64,000 bases of DNA from an uncultured Acidobacteriota bacterium (GCA_963813155.1 CAWEYG010000003.1:832001-896000), one strand, 5' to 3'; positions 31,321-41,368 are shown, counted from the first letter of the stretch. Numbers and translations: made by a program. The notes: generated from the letters alone by a model not told the origin.

Positions 31321-32150
31321 ACGGGACCGTCACGCTCTCTCCCCTGAAAGTCTCCGTCGGAGATCCGATCGAGGTGCGCGTCGCGTTCGACTGCCCGCCG
31401 TCCTCGAACGTTCTCGTCACGAACCCCGCTTCGTCCGGATCGCTCGAACGCCTCGCCGTCTCGCCGTGGAAATTCCGGCGAATGGGCGGACGGTGGCGCG
31501 TCGAACGGACCGAGCGCTGGGCGTCGTTCGCTCCGGGGACGTCGGCGAAGCTGCGCTACGGCATCCGGAGCGCGCCGGAAGGAGCGGTCGAGCTCGTCTC
31601 GCCGCCGATCGAAACGGTCTCCGTTCTTCCCCCGGGCAGCGGCGCGCCCCCCGTTTCGCCCCTGGCCGGGCCTCTCGAAAAGACGTACGTCCCGTGGGAG
31701 TGGGCGGCCGCGTTCGCGCTCGGCCTTCTGGTCGTGCTGCTGTTCGCGCGCTTCCTGCGGCGCAAGCGCGGAATGCGTTACTCGCCAAAATCGCCCGACG
31801 AGCAGTTCGAACAGGAGCTCGCGCTCCTCGATGAAAAGCTGTCCCGGGGCGAACCGGACGGGGAATTCTTCGACTGGCTGGCCGAGACGACGCGCTGGTA
31901 CCTCGAACAGAAGCTGAGGTTCCCGGCGCCGCGGCTGACCTCCTTCGAGATCTCGCGCGAGCTCGATCGGCAGCCGCAGACGATGCCGACGCGGGACGTC
32001 GCGGCTGTGTTCGCGGCGTGCGACGGTTATCGGTTCGCCCGGCGCGAAACCCGGCGGGAACAGGCGGCCGAATCGCTGGCGGCCGCGCGCCGCGCCGCGG
32101 CCGGGATCCGCCGATCGACCGAGCCGCCCCCGCAGGAATTGTCCGCATGA
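31317..32150 (+). CDS. Single-TM protein of the Bat operon
   Basis: One hydrophobic helix followed by RWYLE..LTSFEI; ATGA overlaps at both ends; sits between DUF58 and BatA. Confidence 0.7.
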   Translation: MNGTVTLSPLKVSVGDPIEVRVAFDCPPSSNVLVTNPASSGSLERLAVSPWKFRRMGGRWRVERTERWASFAPGTSAKLRYGIRSAPEGAVELVSPPIETVSVLPPGSGAPPVSPLAGPLEKTYVPWEWAAAFALGLLVVLLFARFLRRKRGMRYSPKSPDEQFEQELALLDEKLSRGEPDGEFFDWLAETTRWYLEQKLRFPAPRLTSFEISRELDRQPQTMPTRDVAAVFAACDGYRFARRETRREQAAESLAAARRAAAGIRRSTEPPPQELSA

Positions 32151-33154
32151 TCTCCTTTGCGCGGCCCTGGGCCTTCGCGATTCTCGTCGTCCCCGCCGCC
32201 GCGGTCTGGTGGCGGCACTGGCGGCGGCGATCCGGCCTCGAAGTCCTCGAGGTGCCCGATCTTCCACGCGTGCGCCGCTCTCTCGCCGGCTTCCTGTGGC
32301 CGGTTCCCTCCGTGCTCTCTTTTCTGGCCGTTGCCGCCGCGGCGGTCGCGCTCGCGGGGCCGCGCCGCTTCGAGCGTCGGCCGATCGATCCCGGCTGGGG
32401 GGCGAACATCGCGATCGCGCTGGACGTCTCGGGCTCGATGTCCGCCGAGGACTTTCAGCCGCGAAACCGCCTCGAGGTCGCGCGTTCGGTCGTCGCCGAT
32501 TTCATCCGCGGCCGAACGGCCGATTCGATCGCGCTTCTCGCGTTCGCGGGGGCGGCCCGGACGGTCTGCCCGTCGACGGACGACCGCGACACGCTGCTCG
32601 CTCTCCTCGCGCAAACGGACGGTTCGAAGCTCCCGGACGGCACGGCGATCGGAAACGCGATCGCGACGGCCGTGTCGAGGCTCAAGGACCTCCCCGGCAA
32701 GAGCAAGGTTCTCGTTCTCGTGACCGACGGAGGCAACAACTCGGGCCAGATCGATCCCGAGACCGCCGCCGGAATCGCGCGGGCCTACGGGATTCGCATC
32801 CACACGATCGCCGTCGGGCGGGGCGGCCGCGTCCCCATCACGCTGACGATGCGCGACCCGCTCACGGGAAAGTCGGTGAAGCGGCGAATCGAGGCGGACG
32901 TCGAGGTCGACGAGGAGCTCCTTCGGAAGATCTCCGCCGCGACGGGGGGAAGATCCTTCCGCGCAACCGACTCCGCGACACTCGCGTCGATCTTCCGGGA
33001 GATCGACGGCCTCGAGAAAACGCCCGTGCCGGCGAAATTCGAGATCGTCGCGCACGACCTGAGCGGCCTGCCCGCGAGAGCCGCGGGCGCGCTCCTGCTC
33101 GCGGCCCTGCTGCTGGCCGCAGGACCCCTCCGGGTCGAGACAGAGGCCGCGTGA
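32147..33154 (+). CDS. batA: BatA-like VWA domain protein
   Basis: N-terminal F..PW TM segment, MIDAS DVSGSM, GTAIG and VTDGGNNSG. Confidence 0.88.
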   Translation: MISFARPWAFAILVVPAAAVWWRHWRRRSGLEVLEVPDLPRVRRSLAGFLWPVPSVLSFLAVAAAAVALAGPRRFERRPIDPGWGANIAIALDVSGSMSAEDFQPRNRLEVARSVVADFIRGRTADSIALLAFAGAARTVCPSTDDRDTLLALLAQTDGSKLPDGTAIGNAIATAVSRLKDLPGKSKVLVLVTDGGNNSGQIDPETAAGIARAYGIRIHTIAVGRGGRVPITLTMRDPLTGKSVKRRIEADVEVDEELLRKISAATGGRSFRATDSATLASIFREIDGLEKTPVPAKFEIVAHDLSGLPARAAGALLLAALLLAAGPLRVETEAA

Positions 33155-33161
33155 GGCCCGC

Positions 33162-34106
33162 ATGAGGTGGGCCGAACCGGTCTGGCTCTGGGGCGTGCTC
33201 GGAGCCGCCGGCGTCGGAGTGCTGCTCCGCTCCGCGCAGCTTCGCGCGCTGCGGATGAGCCGGCGCATCGATCCGCGCTTCCGCGGCCGCGGGGCCTGGC
33301 GGGCCTGCGTGCTTCCGGCCGCGAGCCTCGCTCTCGTTTTCGCCGCGCTCGCCCGGCCGCAGTGGGGGTACCGGCGCGTCGCGTCGGCGACGGCGGAAAG
33401 CGATGCCGTGCTCGTCTTCGATACTTCCGGGTCGATGCTCACCCGTGACGTCGCGCCGGACCGGTTTTCGCGCGAAAAGCTCTTCGTCCGCGACCTCCTT
33501 CGCGACCTTCCCGACACGGTGCGCGTCGGCCTCGTCCGCGTCGAAGGGGAAGGTTCCGTCGTCTCCCCCCTCACGCTCGACCGCGATTCGCTGCGAAATT
33601 CGCTCGACGAGCTCGCTCCCCGCGGATCCGAGACCCCCGGCTCAGATCTCGGAAACGGCATCCGCAAGGCGACTGCTCTTCTTTCGGCGCGAGGGTCGCG
33701 CGCCCGCTCGATCGTTTTCCTCTCGGATGGAGAGGACCTCGACGACGGTCTCGATGCCGCGATTCGCGAGGCGCAGCGCCGGGGAATCGTCGTCGACACG
33801 GTCTGCTCCGGCACCCCCGGCGGGGGGCCCGTGCCCGCGCGGGGCGGAGGTTTTCTCTCGGAAGGAGGCGGCCCGGTCGTGTCGCACGCGCATCCGGAAA
33901 AGATGAGGGCGATCGCCGCGAGCTCGGGAGGCGCGTTCGTCACTCCCGACGACTCTCCGAAGATCTTCGCGGCGAAACTGCGAACCCCCGGACGCTCGGG
34001 GCGGGGATGGACGAACCGCGAGCCGGCGGAGCGCTCCCCGTGGGCGCTGGGTTTGGCGATCGTCGCGTGGGCGGCGTGCCAGCTGCCGGTCCGGGAGCGG
34101 TCGTGA
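33162..34106 (+). CDS. batB: BatB-like VWA domain protein
   Basis: ALARPQWG, DTSGSM...DVAPDR, PLTLD and SDGED. Confidence 0.85.
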   Translation: MRWAEPVWLWGVLGAAGVGVLLRSAQLRALRMSRRIDPRFRGRGAWRACVLPAASLALVFAALARPQWGYRRVASATAESDAVLVFDTSGSMLTRDVAPDRFSREKLFVRDLLRDLPDTVRVGLVRVEGEGSVVSPLTLDRDSLRNSLDELAPRGSETPGSDLGNGIRKATALLSARGSRARSIVFLSDGEDLDDGLDAAIREAQRRGIVVDTVCSGTPGGGPVPARGGGFLSEGGGPVVSHAHPEKMRAIAASSGGAFVTPDDSPKIFAAKLRTPGRSGRGWTNREPAERSPWALGLAIVAWAACQLPVRERS

Positions 34107-34720
34107 AAAAGGCGGCCGCGGCGCTCCTCGCCCTCGGGTCGATCTTCTCTCCCGCTCGCCGGGCCGCGAAGAAAGGCGTGGAGGATTTCCGCGCGAAACG
34201 CGTCGCGGAGGCCCAACGCGATTTTCGCGAGGCGGAGAGGCGCGAGCCGAACGAGCCGGCCTGGAACTTCAATCTCGGCACCGCGAACGCGGCCGCCGGG
34301 GATCACGCAGCGGCTCGGGCGGAGCTCGCGAAGGCGGCGCAGTCGAGCGATCCGGCCGTCGCCGCCAGAGCCCTCTACCAGATCGGCACACTCGACCTGC
34401 AGGAGGGCAACTACCCGGACGCGGCCAACGAGCTCCGCCGGAGCCTCGAGATCGTCCCCGGCGACGCCGACGCGAAGCGAAATTTCGAGATCGCCGCTCG
34501 CAATCGCGACCAGAAACCTCCCCCGCCGCCGAAAGGAGGCGGGGGAGGCAAAGAACCGCCGAAGGGCGAGAAGAAACCCGAGCATCGCCCGGACGACTCC
34601 GACTTCCGCCGAAAGGCCGGCATGACGCGGGCGGAAGCCGAAGCGATGCTGCGGAGCCTCGAAAACGAACAGAAACAGAAGGAACGGGTCTCGGCCCGGG
34701 AAGAGGGAAAAGACTGGTGA
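34103..34720 (+). CDS. batC: BatC-like TPR protein
   Basis: FNLGTA, ALYQIG, DAKRNFE, MTRAEAEAML and terminal KDW. Confidence 0.8.
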   Translation: MKKAAAALLALGSIFSPARRAAKKGVEDFRAKRVAEAQRDFREAERREPNEPAWNFNLGTANAAAGDHAAARAELAKAAQSSDPAVAARALYQIGTLDLQEGNYPDAANELRRSLEIVPGDADAKRNFEIAARNRDQKPPPPPKGGGGGKEPPKGEKKPEHRPDDSDFRRKAGMTRAEAEAMLRSLENEQKQKERVSAREEGKDW

Positions 34721-36288
34721 GGTGGGCGCGGGTTTCGGTTCTTGTCGCCGCCCTTCTGTGCTCGCGCGGCTCGATCGCGGCCGAGACGCCCTCCCTCTCG
34801 GCACGGCTCGAGCCGGACCGCCTTGCGGCCGGGGAAATGACGACCCTTCAGATCACGATCTCCGGCTCCGTCCGGCTCAAGAGCGCCCCCGATCTCGCGC
34901 TCCAGAATTTCCAGCTCATTGCCGGACCTTCGATCGAGAACCGGTTCGAGTGGATCAACGGAAGGAGCTCGAACCAGACGATCCTGATCTACCGCCTGCG
35001 CGCGTTGAAGCCGGGGTCTGCATCGGTCGGCCCGGTTCGCGTTTCCGGCGCGGCCGGCGAGACCCTCGAGGCGCCGCAGGCGACGGCTACCGTCGAGAAG
35101 CCCGGCGAACCGGCGGCCGAGGCGCGCCCCGGGCCGGTCTCCTCCGACCCCGCTCTCGTCGCGCGCCTCGATCCTTCCCGGCCGTACGCCGGGCAGCAGG
35201 CCGTCTGGACGCTTTATCTCGTCACGCGGGGCCGGGCCACGCAGGGAGAGATCAAGTCCCTTCCCGACTTCAAGGGATTCTGGGCGGAGGATCTCGACCG
35301 GGACCCGAATGTCATGCCCCAGGTCTGGAACATCGCGGGCGTGAGCTGGCACGCGTATCCGATGATCCGCAAGGCCCTCTTCGCGAACCGGCCGGGCGCG
35401 ATTTCCATCGGCGCCGCCCGCGCGCTGATCGCGGTCCGTTCCGATTTCTTCGATCTGTTCGGCGATTCGCCGTTTTCGGAATCCCGGCCGGTCGAGAAGG
35501 AAGCGGCGCCGGTCGCGACGGCCTTCCGTCCGCTGCCCGAGAGCGGCGATCGCCTGCCGGTCGGAAGCTTCACCCTGAAGAGCTCGTTGGACCGGAGGGA
35601 TGTCGCGCCGGGAGGATCCTTTTCCGTGACCGCCTCGCTGTCAGGCGACGGGCGCCTGGCGGACGTGGCGGCGCCCGGCCTCTCGATCGCGGGCGCGAAG
35701 ATCTCCGAACCGGAGTCGCGGCTCTCCATTCGCAGGAGCTCGCAGCGGCTGTCGTCGACGCGAAGCTGGCAGTGGGTCGTCACGCCGGAGAAACCGGGCA
35801 TCCTGACCGTGCCGGCCTTTCGAATCTCGACCTTCAACCCCGTCACGGGAAGCGTGGCGGAGGTCGCTTCCCCGTCGATGGACGTTCGCGCCGCCGGACC
35901 GCTCGCGCCCGAGACGCCCGCCGCTCCGATCCTCCCTTCGCCGCCCGCCCACAGCGCGTTTCCGGCGCCCGCCGTCCTCGTCCCGGGTCTCGCGGCCGCC
36001 GCCCTGCTGCTCGTCGCGGCGGGTTATCGGCTCGGCCGGGCGCGAAATTCCGGCCCCGGACCGGAACGGCCGGAGGGGACTCCGGAGGAGAGAATCGCGT
36101 CGCTGCTCGCGGCCCTCGCGGCGAAGGCGAGCCGGCGGGGGGGAACGGCCCCGGGCGAAATCGCGCGCCTGCGCGACGAGCTCGCGCGGATCGCCTACTC
36201 GCCGCAGCTGTCCTCGCGGGAGGAAGCTCTCGAGGAACTCGAGACGGAGACTCTCCAGCTGGCAAGACGCTGGAAGGTCCGAATATAG
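34717..36288 (+). CDS. batD: BatD-like exported protein
   Basis: Signal peptide, WINGR, PYAGQQ, PDFKGFW, PVGSF and a C-terminal TM helix. Confidence 0.8.
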   Translation: MRWARVSVLVAALLCSRGSIAAETPSLSARLEPDRLAAGEMTTLQITISGSVRLKSAPDLALQNFQLIAGPSIENRFEWINGRSSNQTILIYRLRALKPGSASVGPVRVSGAAGETLEAPQATATVEKPGEPAAEARPGPVSSDPALVARLDPSRPYAGQQAVWTLYLVTRGRATQGEIKSLPDFKGFWAEDLDRDPNVMPQVWNIAGVSWHAYPMIRKALFANRPGAISIGAARALIAVRSDFFDLFGDSPFSESRPVEKEAAPVATAFRPLPESGDRLPVGSFTLKSSLDRRDVAPGGSFSVTASLSGDGRLADVAAPGLSIAGAKISEPESRLSIRRSSQRLSSTRSWQWVVTPEKPGILTVPAFRISTFNPVTGSVAEVASPSMDVRAAGPLAPETPAAPILPSPPAHSAFPAPAVLVPGLAAAALLLVAAGYRLGRARNSGPGPERPEGTPEERIASLLAALAAKASRRGGTAPGEIARLRDELARIAYSPQLSSREEALEELETETLQLARRWKVRI

Positions 36289-36291
36289 GCT

Positions 36292-37449
36292 GTGTTAAAC
36301 TTTTTTGACATGTCCTCGGTCTGCACGCTCGAGAACCGCCGCCTGGAGGGCTTTCTCGAAAGGCACAAGGCGTATTACCCCTACTCGGGGGAGATCGAGA
36401 TCGACCGTTTCTTGAGGGAGATTCTCCAGAAGGCCAACGAATTCGTCCCGTCGGAAGCCGGATCGATCCTCCTCGACGACCCCGCGACCAAGAACAACGA
36501 CGACCGGTCGGAGAGCGATCTCGTCTTCATCGCCACGTTCGGCGCTCACGCGACGAAGATCCTCGGCCAGAGGATGAGCGCCCGCATCGGGATCGTCGGG
36601 CACGTCTACGTCAGCGGTGTGGGCTACATGACGCCGGACGTTGTCGACGATCCGTATTTCTATCCCTCGATCGACATGACGACCCAGGAACAGACGCGAT
36701 CCGTCCTGTGCGTGCCGATCAAGATCGAGTCTGCCGTGTGCGGCGTCCTGGAGCTGATCAATCGCGAGGGGTCTCAGGGGTTCGTGGGAAAGGACCGGCG
36801 CCTTCTGGAGATTTTCGCCGACCACGCGTCGATCTCGATCCAGAACCTCCTCGACGCTCGGCGGGCGCACGAGGTCGCCAAGCGGGACGGCCTGACGGGT
36901 CTTTACAACGACCGGTACCTCCACCTGAAACTCTCGCAGGACCTCTCGCGGCTCGCGAGAGACGGAGGAGATCTCTCGCTCATCTTTCTCGATCTCGACA
37001 ATCTGAAATCGGTCAATGACCGGTTCGGCCACCTGGCCGGAAGCCAGGTCCTCCGGGAAATCGGATACATCCTGAGCAAGACGATCACCGACGATCGGGC
37101 GACCCTGACTCGCTACGGCGGGGACGAGTTCGTTCTGGTTCTGCCGGGCCTCGAGCTCGAAGAGGCGTTCCGTCTCGCGGAAGAGGTCCGCGAAGCGATC
37201 GCCGCGGCCGTGTACCTATCCCGGCCGTACGGATTCAACGAGCCCGCGCTGTCGCTCCGCAAGTTATCGGCGTCGTTGGGCGTCGCCTCGGTTCGGAGTC
37301 AGACGACGCTCGGGGCGCCGGTGGAGCAGCAGAAGAACGAGCTGCTCCGGGCCGCGGACGCCGCGATGTACCGCGCCAAAGAAACCGGAAAGAACCAGTC
37401 CCAGATGGCCCCGCCGGGAGTCCGGCGGGCCGCCGTCAGCGCCGTCTGA
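36292..37449 (+). CDS. GAF-GGDEF diguanylate cyclase
   Basis: GAF domain (GIVGHV, SVLCVP, GVLELIN), DGLTGLYN, VNDRFGHLAG and RYGGDEF; the start may be ATG 36310. Confidence 0.92.
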   Translation: MLNFFDMSSVCTLENRRLEGFLERHKAYYPYSGEIEIDRFLREILQKANEFVPSEAGSILLDDPATKNNDDRSESDLVFIATFGAHATKILGQRMSARIGIVGHVYVSGVGYMTPDVVDDPYFYPSIDMTTQEQTRSVLCVPIKIESAVCGVLELINREGSQGFVGKDRRLLEIFADHASISIQNLLDARRAHEVAKRDGLTGLYNDRYLHLKLSQDLSRLARDGGDLSLIFLDLDNLKSVNDRFGHLAGSQVLREIGYILSKTITDDRATLTRYGGDEFVLVLPGLELEEAFRLAEEVREAIAAAVYLSRPYGFNEPALSLRKLSASLGVASVRSQTTLGAPVEQQKNELLRAADAAMYRAKETGKNQSQMAPPGVRRAAVSAV

Positions 37450-37529
37450 AGGTTCGCTCGCCGCGCTCTCGAGATTTGAAACCGCCGCGGTGCCCGTGGT
37501 ATTTTCAAGTGTTTTCGTGAGGTGAATTC

Positions 37530-38885
37530 ATGACGTCTCTGGCCAATCGCCGCGAAGTGGAAGCCCGGGAGGTGCTCGACAGCCTGTCCCGGCACATCCT
37601 GGTCGACGGGTACCACGTCGTCATGGACCTCGCGAAGAGCCGCGGTTCCTATCTCTACGACGCCCGAAGCGAGCGCTACATCCTCGACTTTTTCACGAGC
37701 TTCGCGACGTGCCCGATCGGGTACAACCACCCGAAGCTCCGAACGATCGAATTTCGCGAACGCCTCGCCGACGTCGCAACGAACAAGCCGGCCAACAGCG
37801 ACATCTATACCCGGACGTACGCGAACTTCGTCGAGACGTTCGCTCGAATCGCGATTCCCGAGAGCCACTCCAAACATCTCTTCTTCGTCGAAGGGGGCTC
37901 CGTCGCGGTCGAGAACGCGCTGAAAACGGCGTTCGACTGGAAGGTGCGCAAGAACTTCGCCAAGGGCATCCGGGAGGAAAAGGGGCACCAGATCCTCCAT
38001 TTCCAGCATGCGTTCCACGGCCGCACCGGCTACACGCTCTCGCTCACGAACACGGCCGATCCGCGAAAAACGCAGTACTTCCCGAAGTTCGACTGGCCGC
38101 GGATCAGCTGTCCGAAGCTTTCGTTCCCCGTCACCGACGCGGTCCTCCAGCGGGTCGCCGCGGCCGAGAACCAGGCCGTCGCCGAGATCGAGTCCGCGCT
38201 GCGGGAGCGCAAGGACGACATCGCCGGGCTCATCATCGAGCCGATTCAGGGCGAGGGGGGCGACAACCATTTCCGCCCCGAGTTCTTCCGAAAGCTCCGG
38301 GAGCTCGCCGACGAGCACGAGTTCCTTCTGATCTGCGACGAGGTGCAGACGGGCGTGGGAATGACGGGCACGATGTGGGGATGGCAGAACATGGGGATCG
38401 TCCCCGACATTTTCGCTTTCGGCAAGAAGACGCAGGTCTGCGGAATCGCCGTCAATTCCCGGGTCGACGACGTCGACTCGGTCTTCAAGGTTTCGTCGCG
38501 GATCAATTCGACGTGGGGAGGAAACCTCGTCGACATGCTCCGGGCGACGCGATATTTCGAGATCATCGCCGCGGAGAACCTGGTCGAGAACGCGCGGACG
38601 GTCGGCGAGCACCTCCTCCTGAAACTCCGGGCGCTCGCGGAAGAGATGCCGAAAACCGTTTCGAACGTCCGGGGCCGCGGTCTGTTCATCGCCCTCGACC
38701 TGCCCGATGGCGAATCGCGGGGCAAGGCGCTGTCCGCGTGCATGGACAACGACCTCATGGCGCTCGCCTCGGGATCCGCCGCGATCCGGATGCGCCCGCC
38801 GCTCACGCTGTCGATCGCGGAAGCCGACGAAGCCGTTGAAAAGCTCGCCCGGTCGCTGAAGAGTCTCGGGACAATAACTGCCTAG
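37530..38885 (+). CDS. lat: L-lysine 6-transaminase (class III aminotransferase)
   Basis: HILVDG, KPANSDIY, VENALKTAFDWK, EPIQGEGGD, DEVQTG and FGKKTQVCG. Confidence 0.9.
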   Translation: MTSLANRREVEAREVLDSLSRHILVDGYHVVMDLAKSRGSYLYDARSERYILDFFTSFATCPIGYNHPKLRTIEFRERLADVATNKPANSDIYTRTYANFVETFARIAIPESHSKHLFFVEGGSVAVENALKTAFDWKVRKNFAKGIREEKGHQILHFQHAFHGRTGYTLSLTNTADPRKTQYFPKFDWPRISCPKLSFPVTDAVLQRVAAAENQAVAEIESALRERKDDIAGLIIEPIQGEGGDNHFRPEFFRKLRELADEHEFLLICDEVQTGVGMTGTMWGWQNMGIVPDIFAFGKKTQVCGIAVNSRVDDVDSVFKVSSRINSTWGGNLVDMLRATRYFEIIAAENLVENARTVGEHLLLKLRALAEEMPKTVSNVRGRGLFIALDLPDGESRGKALSACMDNDLMALASGSAAIRMRPPLTLSIAEADEAVEKLARSLKSLGTITA

Positions 38886-38901
38886 CAAGCTCCCTCCCCT
38901 G

Positions 38902-39516
38902 GTGCTCGCATCCGCCTCGCCGCGCCGGGCGGAGATCCTTTCTTCGCTCGGAATCGCGTTTCGTGTCCTCGTGTCCCGACGCAGCGAAACCCTTCGCCGG
39001 GGCGAGGACGCTCCGTCGGCCGTCCGACGCCTCGCGCGGGAGAAAGGACAGCAGGTGTTCGCGAACGCGGGCGGGCGCGCCGTCCTCGCCGCCGACACGC
39101 TCGTCTACCGCGGCACGAACATCTTCGGGAAGCCGGCCGGCCGCGCGAGAGCGGCCGCCATGCTCGAAGAGCTCTCGGGGAAGACCCACTACGTCGCGAC
39201 CGGCGTCTGCCTCATCACCCCCGACCGGCTCATGGAACGCACGGCCGTTTCCCAGGTCCGCTTCGCCCCGCTGTCGCCGGCCGAAATCGCCTGGTACGTC
39301 TCGACCGAGGAGCCGCTCGACAAGGCCGGAGGGTACGCGGTCCAGGGCCTCGGCGCGAGGTTCATCCAGGAGATCCGGGGCTCCTACAGCAACGTCGTCG
39401 GCCTTCCGGCCCGCGAGGTCTACGAGATGCTTCTCGAAGCGGGACTCGGGCCGCTCGCGATGCCGGCGCGTCTCCCCGACCCCGCGCCGAAGGGCGCGCG
39501 CCGGCCGAAGCGGTGA
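38902..39516 (+). CDS. maf: Maf-family nucleoside triphosphate pyrophosphatase
   Basis: LASASPRR, LAADT, GKP, DKAGGYAVQG and NVVGLP. Confidence 0.94.
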   Translation: MLASASPRRAEILSSLGIAFRVLVSRRSETLRRGEDAPSAVRRLAREKGQQVFANAGGRAVLAADTLVYRGTNIFGKPAGRARAAAMLEELSGKTHYVATGVCLITPDRLMERTAVSQVRFAPLSPAEIAWYVSTEEPLDKAGGYAVQGLGARFIQEIRGSYSNVVGLPAREVYEMLLEAGLGPLAMPARLPDPAPKGARRPKR

Positions 39517-40019
39517 TTCCGATCGTCTTCGCCCCGACGATCTCCGCGGCAAAGCGGGCCGGGCGCGGCCGGAGAGAATTTCTCCCCGCCTCGCCGAAGA
39601 GCGACGGCGCGCTCGACCGGGCCCTCTCGGAAGGCCTGCCCGTTCGGTTCTGCGCCCCGAAGTCGGCTTCGAAATTCTGGAAGCTCGTCCGCCGACGCTA
39701 CCGGCTTCCCGCGCCCCCGCCGGTCCTGCGGGATGCCATCGGCGGCATCGCCCGCCACAGCGCCGCGGACGGAACGTCCCGGAATCTGCCCGGCAGGCCG
39801 CCCGGCGGTCGGTTGCAGGCTCTCTGGATCGAGGGGTCGCTCTCCGATTCCCGGGCGCGGGCGCTGCTTCGGGAGACGGGCGAGATCCGGCTCTGGGTGA
39901 TCGAAGACTTTCGCCAATTGCGCGTTTCCGACGCTCTCCTTTCCCGGGCGGAGCGAGCCGGAATCCGCATCGCCGCGATCCGACCGCTTCGCGCTTCGGT
40001 GTTAAGATTCCGGGCATGA
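39513..40019 (+). CDS. Hypothetical protein
   Basis: 168-aa ORF with 4-nt start/stop overlaps to both neighbours; no recognisable family. Confidence 0.6.
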   Translation: MIPIVFAPTISAAKRAGRGRREFLPASPKSDGALDRALSEGLPVRFCAPKSASKFWKLVRRRYRLPAPPPVLRDAIGGIARHSAADGTSRNLPGRPPGGRLQALWIEGSLSDSRARALLRETGEIRLWVIEDFRQLRVSDALLSRAERAGIRIAAIRPLRASVLRFRA

Positions 40020-41353
40020 AACGCATTCTTTCCGCGGTCGTCCTCGCCGCTTGCTCGGTTTCCTCGCTCCGAGCGGCCGCGCCGAAGACGGAACCGCTCC
40101 CCTTCCTCCAGGACGACTACCCGCAGGCGCTGTCCCGCGCGCGGGCCAAGAAGCTTCCGATCTTCGCGGAGGCCTGGGCCCCCTGGTGACACACCTGCCG
40201 CTCGATGAGGGCTTTCGTCTTCACCGATGAATCCCTCTCGAAGCGCGCCGGACAGTTCGTCTGGCTTTCGGTCAACACGGAGCTCGCGAAAAACACCGGG
40301 TTCCTCAAGAAGTACACGGTTCAGGCCTACCCTTCCTTTTTCGTGATCAGCCCGGAGACGGAGACGGTCGCGTATCGCTGGATGGGCGGAGCGACCGTCG
40401 CGCAGCTGCAGAAAATCCTCGACGACGGCCGGCGGGCGGTTCGTCCCGGCCGCGGGGATTTCGAGACGGCGCTCGCCCGCGCGGACCGGCTCTACGGCGC
40501 CGGGAAGAACGCCGAGGCCGCGGACTCGTACCGCCGCGCTCTCTCGCTCGCCCCGAAGGGGTGGGATCGCTACGGGCGGACCGTGGAATCGCTTTTGTTC
40601 GCGCTGGACAGCACGCACGACGCCGAGGGGTGCGCTCGCGCCGCGTTCGAGGCCTATCCGAAACTCTCCCGCTCGGCGTCGCTCGCGAACGTCGCGGCCG
40701 CGGGGCTCGGATGCGCTCTCGAGCTCCCGGCCGAAAAGCCCGGGCGCGCGCAGCTCGTGGCCTCGCTCGAGAAGGCGACGCTCGAGTCGATGGCGAACCC
40801 GCGTCTCGTCATGTCCGCCGACGACCGGTCGAGCCTCTACCAGGTCCTCATCGACGCCCGCGAAGACGCGAAAGACGAGGCCGGCCAGCGCAAGACGACG
40901 GAAGAGTGGTCCGCGTTCCTCGACGCCGAGGCGGCTCGCGCGAAGACCGTGGAGCAGAGATCCTCGCTCGATCCCCACCGGCTCCTCGCCTATCTCGCGC
41001 TGAAGACTCCGGAGAAGGCCGTGCCGATGCTCGAAGCGTCGGAGCGCGACCTGCCCCAGGACTACAACCCGCCGGCCCGGCTCGCGCTCGCATACAAGAA
41101 CATGGGGAAATTCGACGATGCGCTCGCCGCCTCCGACCGGGCGTTGTCGAAGGCCTACGGGCCCCGAAAGGTCGGCATCCTGAGGACCCGCGCGGACATT
41201 TACCAGGCCATGGGCAAGCCCGAGATGGCGGCATCGACCCTCGAAGACGCGATCGGATACTCGGAAAAGCTGCCGGACGAGCAGAAGTCCGACGCGCAGA
41301 TCGCGTCCCTCCGAAAAAAGCTCGCCGAAGTGCGCAACCCGGCCAAACCGTGA
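40016..41353 (+). CDS. Exported thioredoxin-fold/TPR protein; probable selenoprotein (U-H-T-C, TGA at 40187-40189)
   Basis: Signal peptide MKRILSAVVLAACSVSSLRA, then DDYPQALSRARAKKLPIFAEAWAPW-[TGA]-HTCRSM in frame with ORF 40205..41353, cis-Pro loop AYPSFF and TPR-like helices. Confidence 0.8.
40199..40245 (+). promoter_or_regulatory. Candidate bacterial SECIS hairpin
   Basis: Starts 9 nt after the TGA: CGC-TCGA-t-GAGGG-ct-TTCGTC-[TTCACC]-GATGAA-t-CCCTC-TCGA-a-GCG. Confidence 0.55.
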
Positions 41354-41368
41354 GAGAGTTGCCGCTGG

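Noticed and set aside
38878-38904. Possible upstream CTG start for maf overlapping the lat stop
   Set aside because: An in-frame GTG at 38902 already gives a plausible N-terminus, and nothing favours the CTG.
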